From Anaerolineaceae bacterium UBA6133 (lineage in GTDB: Bacteria > Chloroflexota > Anaerolineae > Anaerolineales > Anaerolineaceae): 64,000 nucleotides of DNA. The stretch covers positions 4,985 to 68,984 of the forward strand of contig DIVL01000028.1 of assembly GCA_002435825.1 (NCBI GenBank), given 5' to 3'. Of this stretch, positions 27,900 through 37,504 are shown in pieces. The stretch's first letter is position 1. Every line of letters begins with the position of its first letter. The position numbers were made by a program, and so were the translations under genes. The notes beneath the pieces were generated by a model that searched no databases, was not told the origin of the DNA, and was given only the letters and a program-made list of their open reading frames with translations.

Positions 27900-28040
27900 T
27901 AGTGCGTAGGTCAGGTTCTTCTGTTGAACCTGACGTCACGAATGTTGGTAAATAAAGCCCTCAAAAAATTTAGGCTTCCGACGTCAGGTTGAACCCCGCA
28001 AAAATACACGGGGCAGGCTGCGCAACCTGACTTACGACTA
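27900..28040. repeat. gtagg-type palindromic repeats
   Basis: gtaggtcaggtt...gaacctgac and gtcaggttgaaccccgc...gcgcaacctgac hairpins, the same architecture as gccggattgaaccccgcaatccggc at 58850. Confidence 0.6.
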
Positions 28041-28174
28041 AATGTGTTACCTATGTCTTCTCACGCTCTGTTACCTATCGCTTGGCACCATACAGATCCA
28101 ACCATACATTTCCGTGATTGCGCCAAGTGAAGGATCGCTTTTATCTTAATTTGGGGTAATCTTCCCACAAACTT

Positions 28175-28220
28175 TTAGCCAGACCTGCTTATAATAGCGC
28201 AGAAGCAAAGGTCTGGCTAA
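28175..28220 (-). terminator. Hairpin overlapping the stop codon of the dehydrogenase gene (possible terminator)
   Basis: 11-bp inverted repeat ttagccagacc/ggtctggctaa. The U tract is only partial. Confidence 0.4.
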
Positions 28221-29419
28221 GGCGTGGTCAGCAAGTTTGGGTTGACACGCAAAATCAGGTCATCATCGGCGCCTGGATTGCCGCGACCATCGCGGTTGCT
28301 GGTGGATATGTAGAGATAGCCATCAGGTCCCAGGCGGACTGCCCGTAACCGGCCATATTCCCTGGAAAAGAAGGTGTCGAAATCGGTTACCCTTTCGCCG
28401 TCAAGATTGACCACATAAAGCGCGGAGCCGCGCAGCCCGGTGAAATAGAGCTTGCTATCCAGGTACTCCACATCCCCCGGAGCCCAGGTGACGCTGCCGC
28501 CCGATTGAATGACCGGGCTAACCATGCCCTCAAGCCTCGCTTCGCCTTGAATTTCAGGCCAGCCATAATTAGCGCCAGGTGTGATGAGGTTGAGCTCGTC
28601 GTAGCCGGAACCCAATCCGCTCGGACCGTGCTCAGTGGACCACAAACGTCCTTCCGCATCCCATGCCAACCCCTGGGGGTTGCGATGTCCATAAGACCAA
28701 ACCGCAGACGCAAACGGATTGCCTTCAGGAACCTCACCCTCACGGGTAACCCGCAGAATTTTACCCTGCAAAGCGGTAAAATCCTGCGCTAAATCAGAAT
28801 TTTGAGCATCGCCGGTGGTGATGTAGAGGTAACCGTCCGGACCGAACTCGATGCGGCCTCCGTCATGATTGCTGGCGCCAAGAATACCTTCGAAGATCAC
28901 TTTCCGGTCTGAAAGCGCACCATTTTTGAAGACATAGCGTTCCACCCGGTTGACCAACTGCCCATTCTCGAGCGCGGTGAGATAGACATAAATCCGGTTG
29001 TTCACAGCGTAATCAGGGTCAAGCGCCAAACCCAACAGCCCACCCTCACCCCGCTGCTCAACGTTTGGCACCTGGATGCGCGTGGCCGTGCTGCCGATCA
29101 ATACCAAATTTCCGGAACGTTCGGTAACGAGCAATTCACCACTGGGCAGCAAAACTATTTCCCAGGGAGTGTCCAGCCCCGAAGCCACGACCTCCACCAG
29201 GGGGCCAGTGAGCGGCGCGCGTACAACGCTGGGAACTTGGTCATATGTCATCTCTGGGGATTCCGTAATCTCAGGTTGCGTTGGTGCTGCAGGGCTCGAT
29301 AGGGGAGGAGTTGGGTCTTCGGAGGTGGGTACAACCGGAGCCGGGCTGGGATCGCCATCACAGGCAGCAAACACGATCAAAGCCAAAAGTCCGAGCGCAA
29401 GTAATTTCATGGTTTTCAT
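28217..29419 (-). CDS. PQQ-dependent sugar dehydrogenase (sorbosone/glucose dehydrogenase family) lipoprotein
   Basis: GLDTPWEIVLLPSGELLVTERSG, GGLLGLALDPDY, HDGGRIEFGPDGYLYITTGD and YGHRNPQGLAWD. I place the start at MKTMKLL, with lipobox FAAC. Confidence 0.85.
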   Translation of the reverse strand: MKTMKLLALGLLALIVFAACDGDPSPAPVVPTSEDPTPPLSSPAAPTQPEITESPEMTYDQVPSVVRAPLTGPLVEVVASGLDTPWEIVLLPSGELLVTERSGNLVLIGSTATRIQVPNVEQRGEGGLLGLALDPDYAVNNRIYVYLTALENGQLVNRVERYVFKNGALSDRKVIFEGILGASNHDGGRIEFGPDGYLYITTGDAQNSDLAQDFTALQGKILRVTREGEVPEGNPFASAVWSYGHRNPQGLAWDAEGRLWSTEHGPSGLGSGYDELNLITPGANYGWPEIQGEARLEGMVSPVIQSGGSVTWAPGDVEYLDSKLYFTGLRGSALYVVNLDGERVTDFDTFFSREYGRLRAVRLGPDGYLYISTSNRDGRGNPGADDDLILRVNPNLLTTP

Positions 29420-29543
29420 AACAAAATCATAACAGCCCGAACTTATCCCTGGCAACTAGGGGTAAAACGTTGGAGTCAGCCTGACTTTCAATTTTTACCT
29501 AAATAGCTTAGAATTTTTTTACTAACTCAATACGAGGTAATTC

Positions 29544-31217
29544 TTGGAAAATCACCCTTATCCAGACCATCTGTTCGGAGATCTCGACCAACCCGCGAAA
29601 GGCTCCAAGCATCATATTGCCCAAAGCAGGGGTTTGCACCACTCTTACCGGGTTTCTCCCTGGCTGCCCAAACCGGATCAGCCTTTCAGACTTACGGCAA
29701 CCAGCAGTTCGGATTTGGCGGTTCAGACAGTGATGCTGCGCTATAGCCTCAATCAGGGGGTAAGTTGGCAGGAAACTAATTTCGAAGCCGGGGAATGGCG
29801 CTGGGATACGCTGCTGTGGGGATGGCTGCGGGATTGGCAGCTGGACTTTCCGGCGATGGCAGAGGGGACTGAACTGCTCTACCAGTTGTATACCAAACTC
29901 CCGGGCGGAGAGCTGTGCTTCGCTGATAACCAAGCTGCTGACGAAGTGGGGGCGACCTTGTTCAGGCTGAGGCTCACCAGTCACAGCCAGCTGCCAGCCT
30001 GGTCCGAGCAGGCAATGATCTACCAGGTATTTGTGGACCGCTTTAACCCCGGCAAGCACAAGAAGTGGCTGCAAACAGCCGACCTGACGCAACCGTTCGG
30101 GGGAACCCTGCGCGGAGTGATCGAAAAATTGGACACCATCAGGGATCTGGGCTTCAACACCATCTGGCTATCGCCCATCTTCGCCAGCCCCAGCCACCAT
30201 GGGTATGACATCAGTGACTACTACCGCATCGAGCCGCGCCTGGGCAGCGAAGCGGACCTGCGTGAGCTGCTGGATCTGGCGCACGCGAAAGGGCTGCGCG
30301 TCTTGCTGGATTTCGTCGCCAACCACTGCTCGAGCCAACACGCGCGTTTCCAATCAGCCCTGGCGGGCGATGAAAGCGCGATCCCCTGGTTTAAATGGAA
30401 AAACTACCCGGAGTATGAGAGTTTTTACGATGTGCCAGAAATGCCCTGCTTCAACCTTGAGCCAGGCAGCCCCGCGCGGGCGCACCTGCTGGAGGTGGCG
30501 CGTTACTGGCTGCAGTTTGGGGCGGATGGCTACCGATTGGATTTTGCCAATGGACCCGCGCGGGAGTTTTGGGTGGAATTCCAGCAAGCCTGCCAGGAAG
30601 TCAATCCAGCCTGCTGGACTTTTGGCGAAGTTGTCGCGCCGGCAGATGAGCAGATCACTTTTGCCGGAAGCATGCACGGCACGCTCGACTTCCTGACCTG
30701 CCAGGCTCTCCGCGAAACCTTTGCCACCAGGCACTGGTCTTTGAGCCACCTTGCCGGATACCTGGAAAATTACTGGGCAGCCTATCCGCGCGATTTTTCA
30801 CGACCTGCTTTTATCGATAATCACGACATGAATCGCTTTTTCTTCACGGTACTAGGATCCGTTTCCGCCCAGGAAGCCGCGCTGAGGCTGCTTTACCTGA
30901 TGCCAGGACCGCTAATTGTGTATTATGGCAGTGAGTGGGAACTCTCACAGCGCCAATCGATCCATGCCAACGACGCGCTGGGCTTTGATGAAGCCCGCAT
31001 GGCAATCGATTGGGATCTGCAGAAGGAGCATTGCAGCGCGAAGGTGATGCGCGAAATGGCGGCTTTCCGGTGGCAGAATCCCTGGCTGAATCATGCCCGC
31101 TGGCATACGCTGGAGTTTGAGGAACAGAGGGCTGTATTCAGTGTTAGTGATGGTGAAAAGCAGTTGCTGGTCAGGATCAGCTGCAATCAGGACGGTTGGC
31201 GGGTGACCTTCAACTGA
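29544..31217 (+). CDS. GH13 alpha-amylase family glycosidase (neopullulanase/cyclomaltodextrinase-like)
   Basis: GH13 regions DFVANH, GADGYRLDFA, FGEV and FIDNHDMNRF, plus GGTLRGVIEKLDTIRDLGFNTIWLSPIF. The track start is a TTG, so the start is uncertain. Confidence 0.88.
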   Translation: MENHPYPDHLFGDLDQPAKGSKHHIAQSRGLHHSYRVSPWLPKPDQPFRLTATSSSDLAVQTVMLRYSLNQGVSWQETNFEAGEWRWDTLLWGWLRDWQLDFPAMAEGTELLYQLYTKLPGGELCFADNQAADEVGATLFRLRLTSHSQLPAWSEQAMIYQVFVDRFNPGKHKKWLQTADLTQPFGGTLRGVIEKLDTIRDLGFNTIWLSPIFASPSHHGYDISDYYRIEPRLGSEADLRELLDLAHAKGLRVLLDFVANHCSSQHARFQSALAGDESAIPWFKWKNYPEYESFYDVPEMPCFNLEPGSPARAHLLEVARYWLQFGADGYRLDFANGPAREFWVEFQQACQEVNPACWTFGEVVAPADEQITFAGSMHGTLDFLTCQALRETFATRHWSLSHLAGYLENYWAAYPRDFSRPAFIDNHDMNRFFFTVLGSVSAQEAALRLLYLMPGPLIVYYGSEWELSQRQSIHANDALGFDEARMAIDWDLQKEHCSAKVMREMAAFRWQNPWLNHARWHTLEFEEQRAVFSVSDGEKQLLVRISCNQDGWRVTFN

Positions 31218-31242
31218 GCCGCCCGATCCAATTGAAATAACA

Positions 31243-31272
31243 ACGGAGACCACAATTGTGGCCTCCGTTTTG
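31243..31272 (+). terminator. Rho-independent terminator between convergent genes
   Basis: Stem acggagaccac/gtggcctccgt followed by TTTTGTT. Confidence 0.7.
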
Positions 31273-31300
31273 TTACACGATAATCAGGTAGTTTCAGGGC

Positions 31301-32164
31301 TTAGGGAACATCAATGTAAACATAATCAAAAGCGACTACAACTGGAATGGCATCAAAAGAGGACACTCCTACCCCGATCAAACCCTCTGGCATATTGTAC
31401 TTATTATCTTCAACCGTACGTTCCCGAACGCCATTGACGTAGAGCGAGATTTCGTTACCCTCACAGCTTATGGCAAATGTATTGCTTTTTAACCCCATAT
31501 TGATGTTTTTTGAGCCACCGTTAAAAAGCGTAACATAGCCAACATCCATGGCCTCAACATAGGCGTAGATGTAGTAAAGACCACCATTAGTGATGTTGAC
31601 TTCATAAAAGCCGGTGTCAGAGTAACGGCATACGAGCGTAACCATGTTCTCATTACTGCCTCTGTTGACTGTGGAAGCTTCGATATAGACATCTGTGTAG
31701 GAGTAATCCTCATAAAACACATACGCGTAGGTGTCGTAGTCTTCAATGGTGAAAGTCAGATTGCCGTCAGCAACTAATATATCTGTCTTATCCTCGTTAC
31801 CAACCAAAACCTCGTAGTACCAGTTTTCCGGCACAAAATCGAACTCCTCAGTGTAATAGGGTTCTGACTCCGCAACAGGCTCGTCTGTGGGAATGGGTGT
31901 CTCGGTTGGAGCGGCAGTGGGGGGAACGTTGGTAGGGGGAATGTTGGTGGGCGGAATAGCCGTAGGTTCGACGATGACGACCTCAGTGGGCTCCTGGGTG
32001 GGCTGAACTACCGGTTCAAGCGGCGCAGAGGTAACCTGCTGGATTTCCGGCGTGGCTGTGCTGTCCTTCTTACCCCCCAGGTCAAAAGAGAATTCGCAGG
32101 ACAAAGTTGATAGCACAAGGACTATCAGGATAGCGGACAGAGTCTTGATTGATTTAGGGCGCAT
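31301..32164 (-). CDS. Hypothetical lipoprotein (beta-rich C-terminal domain)
   Basis: Signal peptide with lipobox (LSC), a PT-rich linker with PPTN repeats, and a beta-strand-rich domain of about 190 aa. Confidence 0.55.
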   Translation of the reverse strand: MRPKSIKTLSAILIVLVLSTLSCEFSFDLGGKKDSTATPEIQQVTSAPLEPVVQPTQEPTEVVIVEPTAIPPTNIPPTNVPPTAAPTETPIPTDEPVAESEPYYTEEFDFVPENWYYEVLVGNEDKTDILVADGNLTFTIEDYDTYAYVFYEDYSYTDVYIEASTVNRGSNENMVTLVCRYSDTGFYEVNITNGGLYYIYAYVEAMDVGYVTLFNGGSKNINMGLKSNTFAISCEGNEISLYVNGVRERTVEDNKYNMPEGLIGVGVSSFDAIPVVVAFDYVYIDVP

Positions 32165-32363
32165 GAGTCCTCCATTAAGAATTAAGTTGGAAACGATAGA
32201 ATAATCTTAACATAAAAACTATTATTTGGAACAAAAAAGGGTGAAATTAACCAGTAATTTGTGCTGGGGGAACACCTCTTGCGATGTCCATAGATGCGAC
32301 TGGTGTGAGGAGCATTGGACAGGTAAAATTAATATTGATCACCCTGTTTGAAAGGAGATTCCA

Positions 32364-32870
32364 ATGAGTGACCCAAACTATTTTCCTAACGACAATCCCG
32401 CACCTTCCGCCCCTGATCCGGAGAGTGACTACAAAGAATACACCGGACCAACCCAAGCCGACGAAGCGCAAAAAGCCGATTCCGACACAAGCTCCAGGTT
32501 TGGAGCAGAGATCCTGACAATCCTCGAGGGTTTTGGTGAAGATATCAAACGTTTGAGCAAGAGCGTCAGTGAATACATCGATAAAGAATCCTTTGGTAAA
32601 GCTGCTGAGAGTGTCAGAGATACGCTGAGCGATGCGGGTGAGGGCATCAAGCGCACCACCCAAAAGATGGGAGAAAAGCTGGAAGAGGAACGCATCCAAC
32701 GTGCCATCAAGGACCTGAAGGATTATGCCAAACGGACAGGAAAATCCATCCAGGATCTGTTCGCAGAGGATGCGCCCACGACTGCAGAAGACTCGACCGA
32801 ATCACTTGAATATGAAGCGAACGACGCGGCTGAAAACGACTTGAATTTTGAAAACACTTTTGGTGGATAA
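32364..32870 (+). CDS. Hypothetical acidic protein
   Basis: 168-aa ORF behind GAAAGGAG, highly acidic and low in complexity. I recognise no motif. Confidence 0.45.
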   Translation: MSDPNYFPNDNPAPSAPDPESDYKEYTGPTQADEAQKADSDTSSRFGAEILTILEGFGEDIKRLSKSVSEYIDKESFGKAAESVRDTLSDAGEGIKRTTQKMGEKLEEERIQRAIKDLKDYAKRTGKSIQDLFAEDAPTTAEDSTESLEYEANDAAENDLNFENTFGG

Positions 32871-32883
32871 CTTATCTCAAAAA

Positions 32884-32908
32884 GAAGACTCCTCATCGGG
32901 GAGTCTTC
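32884..32908. terminator. Bidirectional hairpin between convergent genes
   Basis: gaagactcc/ggagtcttc 9-bp stem with a 7-nt loop. Confidence 0.45.
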
Positions 32909-33642
32909 TACTGATAGAACTGCAACATACAGTTGTAACGCTTGATGGGTAACACCATCTGTCCATTGACATATTCAACATAATTGAGAATAATTTCATC
33001 AAGCCGTTGGCTCTGATGCTCTGCCAGGCGCAGGTGTTTCATCGCATAGGCGACAGCCTCTGCTTTTGAGTCGACTGGCTGTCCAAAATCATGGAAAATC
33101 TCCGTGCAGGTGACTGAAAAACCAGCCTGTTCCAGCCTGCCGCACACGTAGCAACTTCCAACACAGGAATCAGGTTCTTCCGTCAAGCCAAATTCGCGAC
33201 CAAGATCTTCGTAGAATCCTGCGCGGGGGCGGATGCCCTGGGTGACTATGATGCCGCAGCGGCGCGTCTTGCGCAGGAGGGTTTCAATCTCCAGGCCGGT
33301 TGAGCCGAAGCGGTGATGATAAAAAGCAACTGCCACATCCCAATCGTCGGTGTTTATGTTTGGCCAGCGGGCATGAACGACCTCGATATTCTCCAGCCCC
33401 AACCTGTTCAGATCTTCATTCAGCACCTTGAGCGCATTTTCATTCTTATCGATGGCAATGACTTTACGGCTAATTGCCGCGAGATAGCGGCTGACGATGC
33501 CAACGCCGCAGCCGATATCTGCTACGACGTCTGTCGGGCGGATCATCTCGCGCAAGGCGGATCCGTAGGGCACCTCGGGGTAATTCCAGAAGGAAGTCGC
33601 TTTTTTATAGTAATCGGATGAAGTCAGAGGCATTTCTGCCAT
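32908..33642 (-). CDS. Class I SAM-dependent methyltransferase
   Basis: Motif I VVADIGCGVGIVSRYL followed by VIAIDKNE. The start overlaps the upstream stop (TAATG). Confidence 0.8.
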   Translation of the reverse strand: MAEMPLTSSDYYKKATSFWNYPEVPYGSALREMIRPTDVVADIGCGVGIVSRYLAAISRKVIAIDKNENALKVLNEDLNRLGLENIEVVHARWPNINTDDWDVAVAFYHHRFGSTGLEIETLLRKTRRCGIIVTQGIRPRAGFYEDLGREFGLTEEPDSCVGSCYVCGRLEQAGFSVTCTEIFHDFGQPVDSKAEAVAYAMKHLRLAEHQSQRLDEIILNYVEYVNGQMVLPIKRYNCMLQFYQ

Positions 33643-34418
33643 TATTCTTCCACCTTAACCAGTTTCTTGATCATCATTTTCTTAAGGTGGCTGATCCCGC
33701 AAGAGAGCGACAGCTTCTTGAACATTTCAGCTTTATACGCAGCATCCCACCATGAGCCCGCCAGCGCAGTGACACCGGTAACCCTGAAAGCTTCAGTGAG
33801 CATGGGCGTGGACGAGCCCACCAGTACTATTTCGCGGGCTTTCCGGCAAAGATCGAGCAGGTGATCAATGCTGCCGTTGATCAGGGTGGTACCGCTGATG
33901 ATCATTAAGTCGCACAGCGGCAGGATCTCGGGCTGCCGTGACATTTCCATCACCTCTGCTGCGCCTTCTCCACTACTGAGGGTCAGACCCTTGTCAAATA
34001 TATAGACCTGGGCTTTCAGATTCGCGAGCTGTTCTGCTACAGGCGGAATGTATCCGATCATGCCAACTCTGTCTGCCGGGTGCACCTGCAAACCAAACGG
34101 GGTCGCGGCTGTGGGTTCATCGGGCAGGTCCAGCGCGCGCGTCGCAGCCGTGATGACTGCCATTCCCACTCCGCGCTGCGCGTCATCTCTTCCCTCCAGC
34201 ACCAATCGGGCTGCTTCAAGGGCAGGCTGACCGATAATATGCTGGGCGAAACCGAAGGCGGAACATCCAGCCGGGAGGCGGTCGCGCAGGATATACGAAA
34301 GACCGATATCCTTTTCATCCAGCTCAATTGCTGTGAGCGAGAGACCTAAAACAGCATCCGTAACGACTCGATCCTTCAAAAGCGGTTCAGCAGCCTGGAA
34401 TACTTTTTCGATAAGCAT
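33642..34418 (-). CDS. DUF4213/DUF364-type protein (putative metal-chelation fold)
   Basis: 258 aa. The Rossmann-like C-terminal half (VGMIGYIPPV...IISGTTLINGSID...VLVGSSTP) has the arrangement I associate with DUF364 proteins. This is a recollection-level assignment. Confidence 0.55.
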   Translation of the reverse strand: MLIEKVFQAAEPLLKDRVVTDAVLGLSLTAIELDEKDIGLSYILRDRLPAGCSAFGFAQHIIGQPALEAARLVLEGRDDAQRGVGMAVITAATRALDLPDEPTAATPFGLQVHPADRVGMIGYIPPVAEQLANLKAQVYIFDKGLTLSSGEGAAEVMEMSRQPEILPLCDLMIISGTTLINGSIDHLLDLCRKAREIVLVGSSTPMLTEAFRVTGVTALAGSWWDAAYKAEMFKKLSLSCGISHLKKMMIKKLVKVEE

Positions 34419-34426
34419 AGAATCTC

Positions 34427-35209
34427 CTATAAACTGGGGGCGATACTGACCATGCGGTCGATCCCCTCCACTTCAATTAAACGCAGAGGCACGCCATACA
34501 TGGCACTAAGCAGCTCTTCCGTCAGAATATCCTGCCATGCACCAAAGTGGAAAATCGACTGGTGGTCGATGATTGCTGCTTTGGCGTCTAACAGCAGCAC
34601 CTGGTCCGGGTTGTGGGTGGTGAGCACAATGCCATATCCCTTGGCAGACAGGTCCTTGATAAGCCGCAAGACTTTGAGCTGATTGCCATAGTCGAGATGG
34701 GCTGTGGGTTCATCCATCAGGATCAGGCGCGCCTTCTGGGCAATGGCGCGCGCGATCGAAACTTGCTGCAGTTCGCCGGTGCTGATACGCGTGTAAGGTT
34801 TTTGTGCCAGGTGGCTGATGCCCATTTGCTCCAAGGCTGCTTCAGCGCGTTGATAGTGCTCCGGACCGGGTTTTTCAAAGGTGGCCAGCCAGGGAGCGTT
34901 GCCCGTGACAACATATTCGAGCACCGTGTAGTCAAAAGAGGGAAGCAGAGTCTGGGGCACGTAGCCAATCACCCGGGCGACATTGCGCGGAGCTAAATCT
35001 GCCATATCTTCCCCGTTCAACAGCACACTGCCTTGCAGCGGCTCTCGCAATCTTGCCAGGCAATTCAACAAAGTGGTCTTGCCGATCCCATTAGGACCAA
35101 GCAAACACACGATCTCACCCGACTGAACTTCAAAACTGATATCTTTGAAGATCTGGCGGCTGCCATCGTATGAAAAACCAAGATCCTTTACCTGCAAAAG
35201 AGAGTGCAT
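34427..35209 (-). CDS. ABC transporter ATP-binding protein (Fe3+-siderophore/cobalamin FecE/BtuD type)
   Basis: Walker A GPNGIGKTT, signature STGELQQV, Walker B LILMDEPTAHLD. Confidence 0.9.
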   Translation of the reverse strand: MHSLLQVKDLGFSYDGSRQIFKDISFEVQSGEIVCLLGPNGIGKTTLLNCLARLREPLQGSVLLNGEDMADLAPRNVARVIGYVPQTLLPSFDYTVLEYVVTGNAPWLATFEKPGPEHYQRAEAALEQMGISHLAQKPYTRISTGELQQVSIARAIAQKARLILMDEPTAHLDYGNQLKVLRLIKDLSAKGYGIVLTTHNPDQVLLLDAKAAIIDHQSIFHFGAWQDILTEELLSAMYGVPLRLIEVEGIDRMVSIAPSL

Positions 35210-35211
35210 GC

Positions 35212-36240
35212 TTACTCCAGACGTGTCCTTTGCTTATAGAGTAACAGAGCGTAAAGCGGAGCGCCAACAAATCCGGTAAGGATCGAGAGGGGTATTTCCA
35301 CGGTTGAGACGGTGCGGGCAAGGGTGTCGATTAGCAGCATAAAAATCGCCCCAAGCAGAAGGGAAACAGGTATCGAGCGGGTGTTGTCACTGCCAGTGAG
35401 GAGACGGCTGAGGTGTGGGATTACCAGACCGACCCAGCCAATCGTGCCGCTGATGGACACGGCGCTGGCGGTCAGCAGGCTGGCGCAGATGATCACGATG
35501 GTGCGCACTTGGCGCAGGTTTACACCCAGCGTGCGGGCTTCAAGATCGCCAAAGGAGAGGATATTGATCCGCCAGGATAATAAAAGCAGCAGCGTGGAGC
35601 AGACCAAGAATACGGGCAGAATCGCCCACAGCTCACGCCCGAGGATGGATGCCAGGCTGCCCAACTGCCAGTAGACAATCGAAGCCAACTGGGTTTGCTC
35701 CTCGGCTATAAATTTCATAATTGCCAGAACCGAGCTGAGAAAACCGCCGACGATGATGCCCGAAAGGACCAACATCATATTGGAGCGGTTGCGCAGGAGG
35801 CGCGGCACTAAAGAGGTGACAAACACTGCCAGGATCCCACCAGCAAAGGCAAACACCTGGCGGGTTGCCAAGCCTGCCCCCATCAATATGGCAGCCGATG
35901 CTCCTACAGCTGCCCCGGAAGAAACGCCCAATAGGTCTGGTGAAACTAACGGGTTGCGAAAGACGCTCTGGTAGACCGCTCCTGACAGGGATAGCATCGC
36001 GCCAATTATCACCGAAGCCAACACGCGCGGCAGGCGGATGTTGAATACGATGCTGATCATGACAGGGTCTACCGGAACATTAATCCCCAATCTCGAAAGG
36101 ATCACATTCAGGACTTTGCTTGGGTCGTTGCTGTATCGCCCAAGGCTGAGCGACAGAAAAATCCCCATTAATAAAAGCATAGACAATAGCCACAGCCATT
36201 GTCTATGCTTATTATGTAAAGGGGTCCTGCTCGTTTTCAA
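35212..36240 (-). CDS. FecCD-family ABC permease
   Basis: 342-aa polytopic protein with RLPRVLASVIIGAMLSLSGAVYQSVFRNPLVSPDLLGVSSGA, typical of FecCD/BtuC. Confidence 0.9.
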   Translation of the reverse strand: MKTSRTPLHNKHRQWLWLLSMLLLMGIFLSLSLGRYSNDPSKVLNVILSRLGINVPVDPVMISIVFNIRLPRVLASVIIGAMLSLSGAVYQSVFRNPLVSPDLLGVSSGAAVGASAAILMGAGLATRQVFAFAGGILAVFVTSLVPRLLRNRSNMMLVLSGIIVGGFLSSVLAIMKFIAEEQTQLASIVYWQLGSLASILGRELWAILPVFLVCSTLLLLLSWRINILSFGDLEARTLGVNLRQVRTIVIICASLLTASAVSISGTIGWVGLVIPHLSRLLTGSDNTRSIPVSLLLGAIFMLLIDTLARTVSTVEIPLSILTGFVGAPLYALLLYKQRTRLE

Positions 36241-36249
36241 ACTTTTACT

Positions 36250-37383
36250 TTACTCGATTCCCAATTGTTCTGCCGTGAAGCTTTTATCATAAACGATAGT
36301 GTAGAACTCGTCCACACTTTTCATCAACGCTTCAAAACTGTACAAGTCTGGGTGCAAGCTGTGGAGAGCCCAGTCAATGCCAAGCGCCACTGCCGCGGTA
36401 GGCTGATCCCAGGGTTCGAGGCGGGATGGGAACTCGTAGACACGTTTGTTTTGGACGGCGCTGAGGCTGCTCCAGGCGGGATCGTTCAGCAGGTCTTCGG
36501 CGGTGTAGTCTGAATACTGGGGGAACCAGATTACGTCAGGGTCCCAGGCGATAATCTGTTCAATACTGACGTCCACAAAACCGCCAAGGCCTTCAACACC
36601 GCTGACAGCATTAACGCCGCCGGCAGCTTCGATCATGCTGGTTTGGATCATCGAACCTGGAGCAACCGAAAGGGCTGAACTGCTGCCAAGGAAAAGGACG
36701 GAGGGTTTCTCGGTCGTGTCTTTGAGCAGATTCTGAACATTCTCAAGCTGGCTACTGAGAAAAGCCCCGATCTTTTCTGCTTTTTCGCTCTCACCAACAG
36801 CCATACCAAGAATATTCAAAGTTTGTTGAATGGTTTCAAAACTTTCGGTGCTGTCGAGGATGACGAGAACGGGAATATTAGCAGCTTCGAACTGCGGCAC
36901 GAGGTCCTGGTGGCGCTCGGGCAGGATGACCAAATCAGCTCCGCTGGCGATGACGCTTTCCATATTTATTTTACTGCCCTTGCCGACTTCCGGCATGTCG
37001 TCAAATCCCTCAATTACCTGCTCGTAGAGCGCGCGTCCCATCGATTTGCTGCCGAATCCAACCAGGTACTGGCCTCCACCGCCAAGCACGGCTGCCGCGT
37101 TGAGGGTTGGGTTGTGCGTGCCGACCAGTTTGGTGGCAGGTTGTTGGAGGGTGACTTCACGCCCGATGACATCAACGATCACAATCGGTTCGGCGGTGGG
37201 TTCGACAATAACCTCTTCGGTCGGTTCCGCGGTAGGTTCCTCCACGATCGGCTCTGTGGCGGCAGCCGTTGGTTCGGGAGGATTGGCGGGTTGAGTAGCG
37301 GGTGTTTGGGTGATGCAAGCGCTCATAAGCAGCATTACTGCCAGTATCATGGGCAGGGCGAACTTTCTTACGGATTTGGACAT
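36250..37383 (-). CDS. ABC substrate-binding lipoprotein (class III, BtuF/FhuD-like periplasmic binding protein)
   Basis: I place the start at MSKSVRKF behind AAGGAG, with lipobox MSAC and an acidic PT linker. The PBP-like body contains ADLVILP and IIAWDPDVIW. Confidence 0.8.
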   Translation of the reverse strand: MSKSVRKFALPMILAVMLLMSACITQTPATQPANPPEPTAAATEPIVEEPTAEPTEEVIVEPTAEPIVIVDVIGREVTLQQPATKLVGTHNPTLNAAAVLGGGGQYLVGFGSKSMGRALYEQVIEGFDDMPEVGKGSKINMESVIASGADLVILPERHQDLVPQFEAANIPVLVILDSTESFETIQQTLNILGMAVGESEKAEKIGAFLSSQLENVQNLLKDTTEKPSVLFLGSSSALSVAPGSMIQTSMIEAAGGVNAVSGVEGLGGFVDVSIEQIIAWDPDVIWFPQYSDYTAEDLLNDPAWSSLSAVQNKRVYEFPSRLEPWDQPTAAVALGIDWALHSLHPDLYSFEALMKSVDEFYTIVYDKSFTAEQLGIE

Positions 37384-37504
37384 GTGAAACTCCTTTTTCC
37401 TGACATTTAGGCATATACAGCTCAATAAATGAGCAAATGCAGATTCTACCACCAAAATCCAACTATTCACTAGTTTAGTACCTCACTGGTATACTTTGGG
37501 TGCT

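Noticed and set aside
37384-37504. Cobalamin riboswitch in the leader of the BtuF/FecCD-type ABC operon
   Set aside because: The divergent intergenic region is only about 120 bp and I cannot find a B12-box-like sequence. It is too short for the aptamer plus an expression platform.
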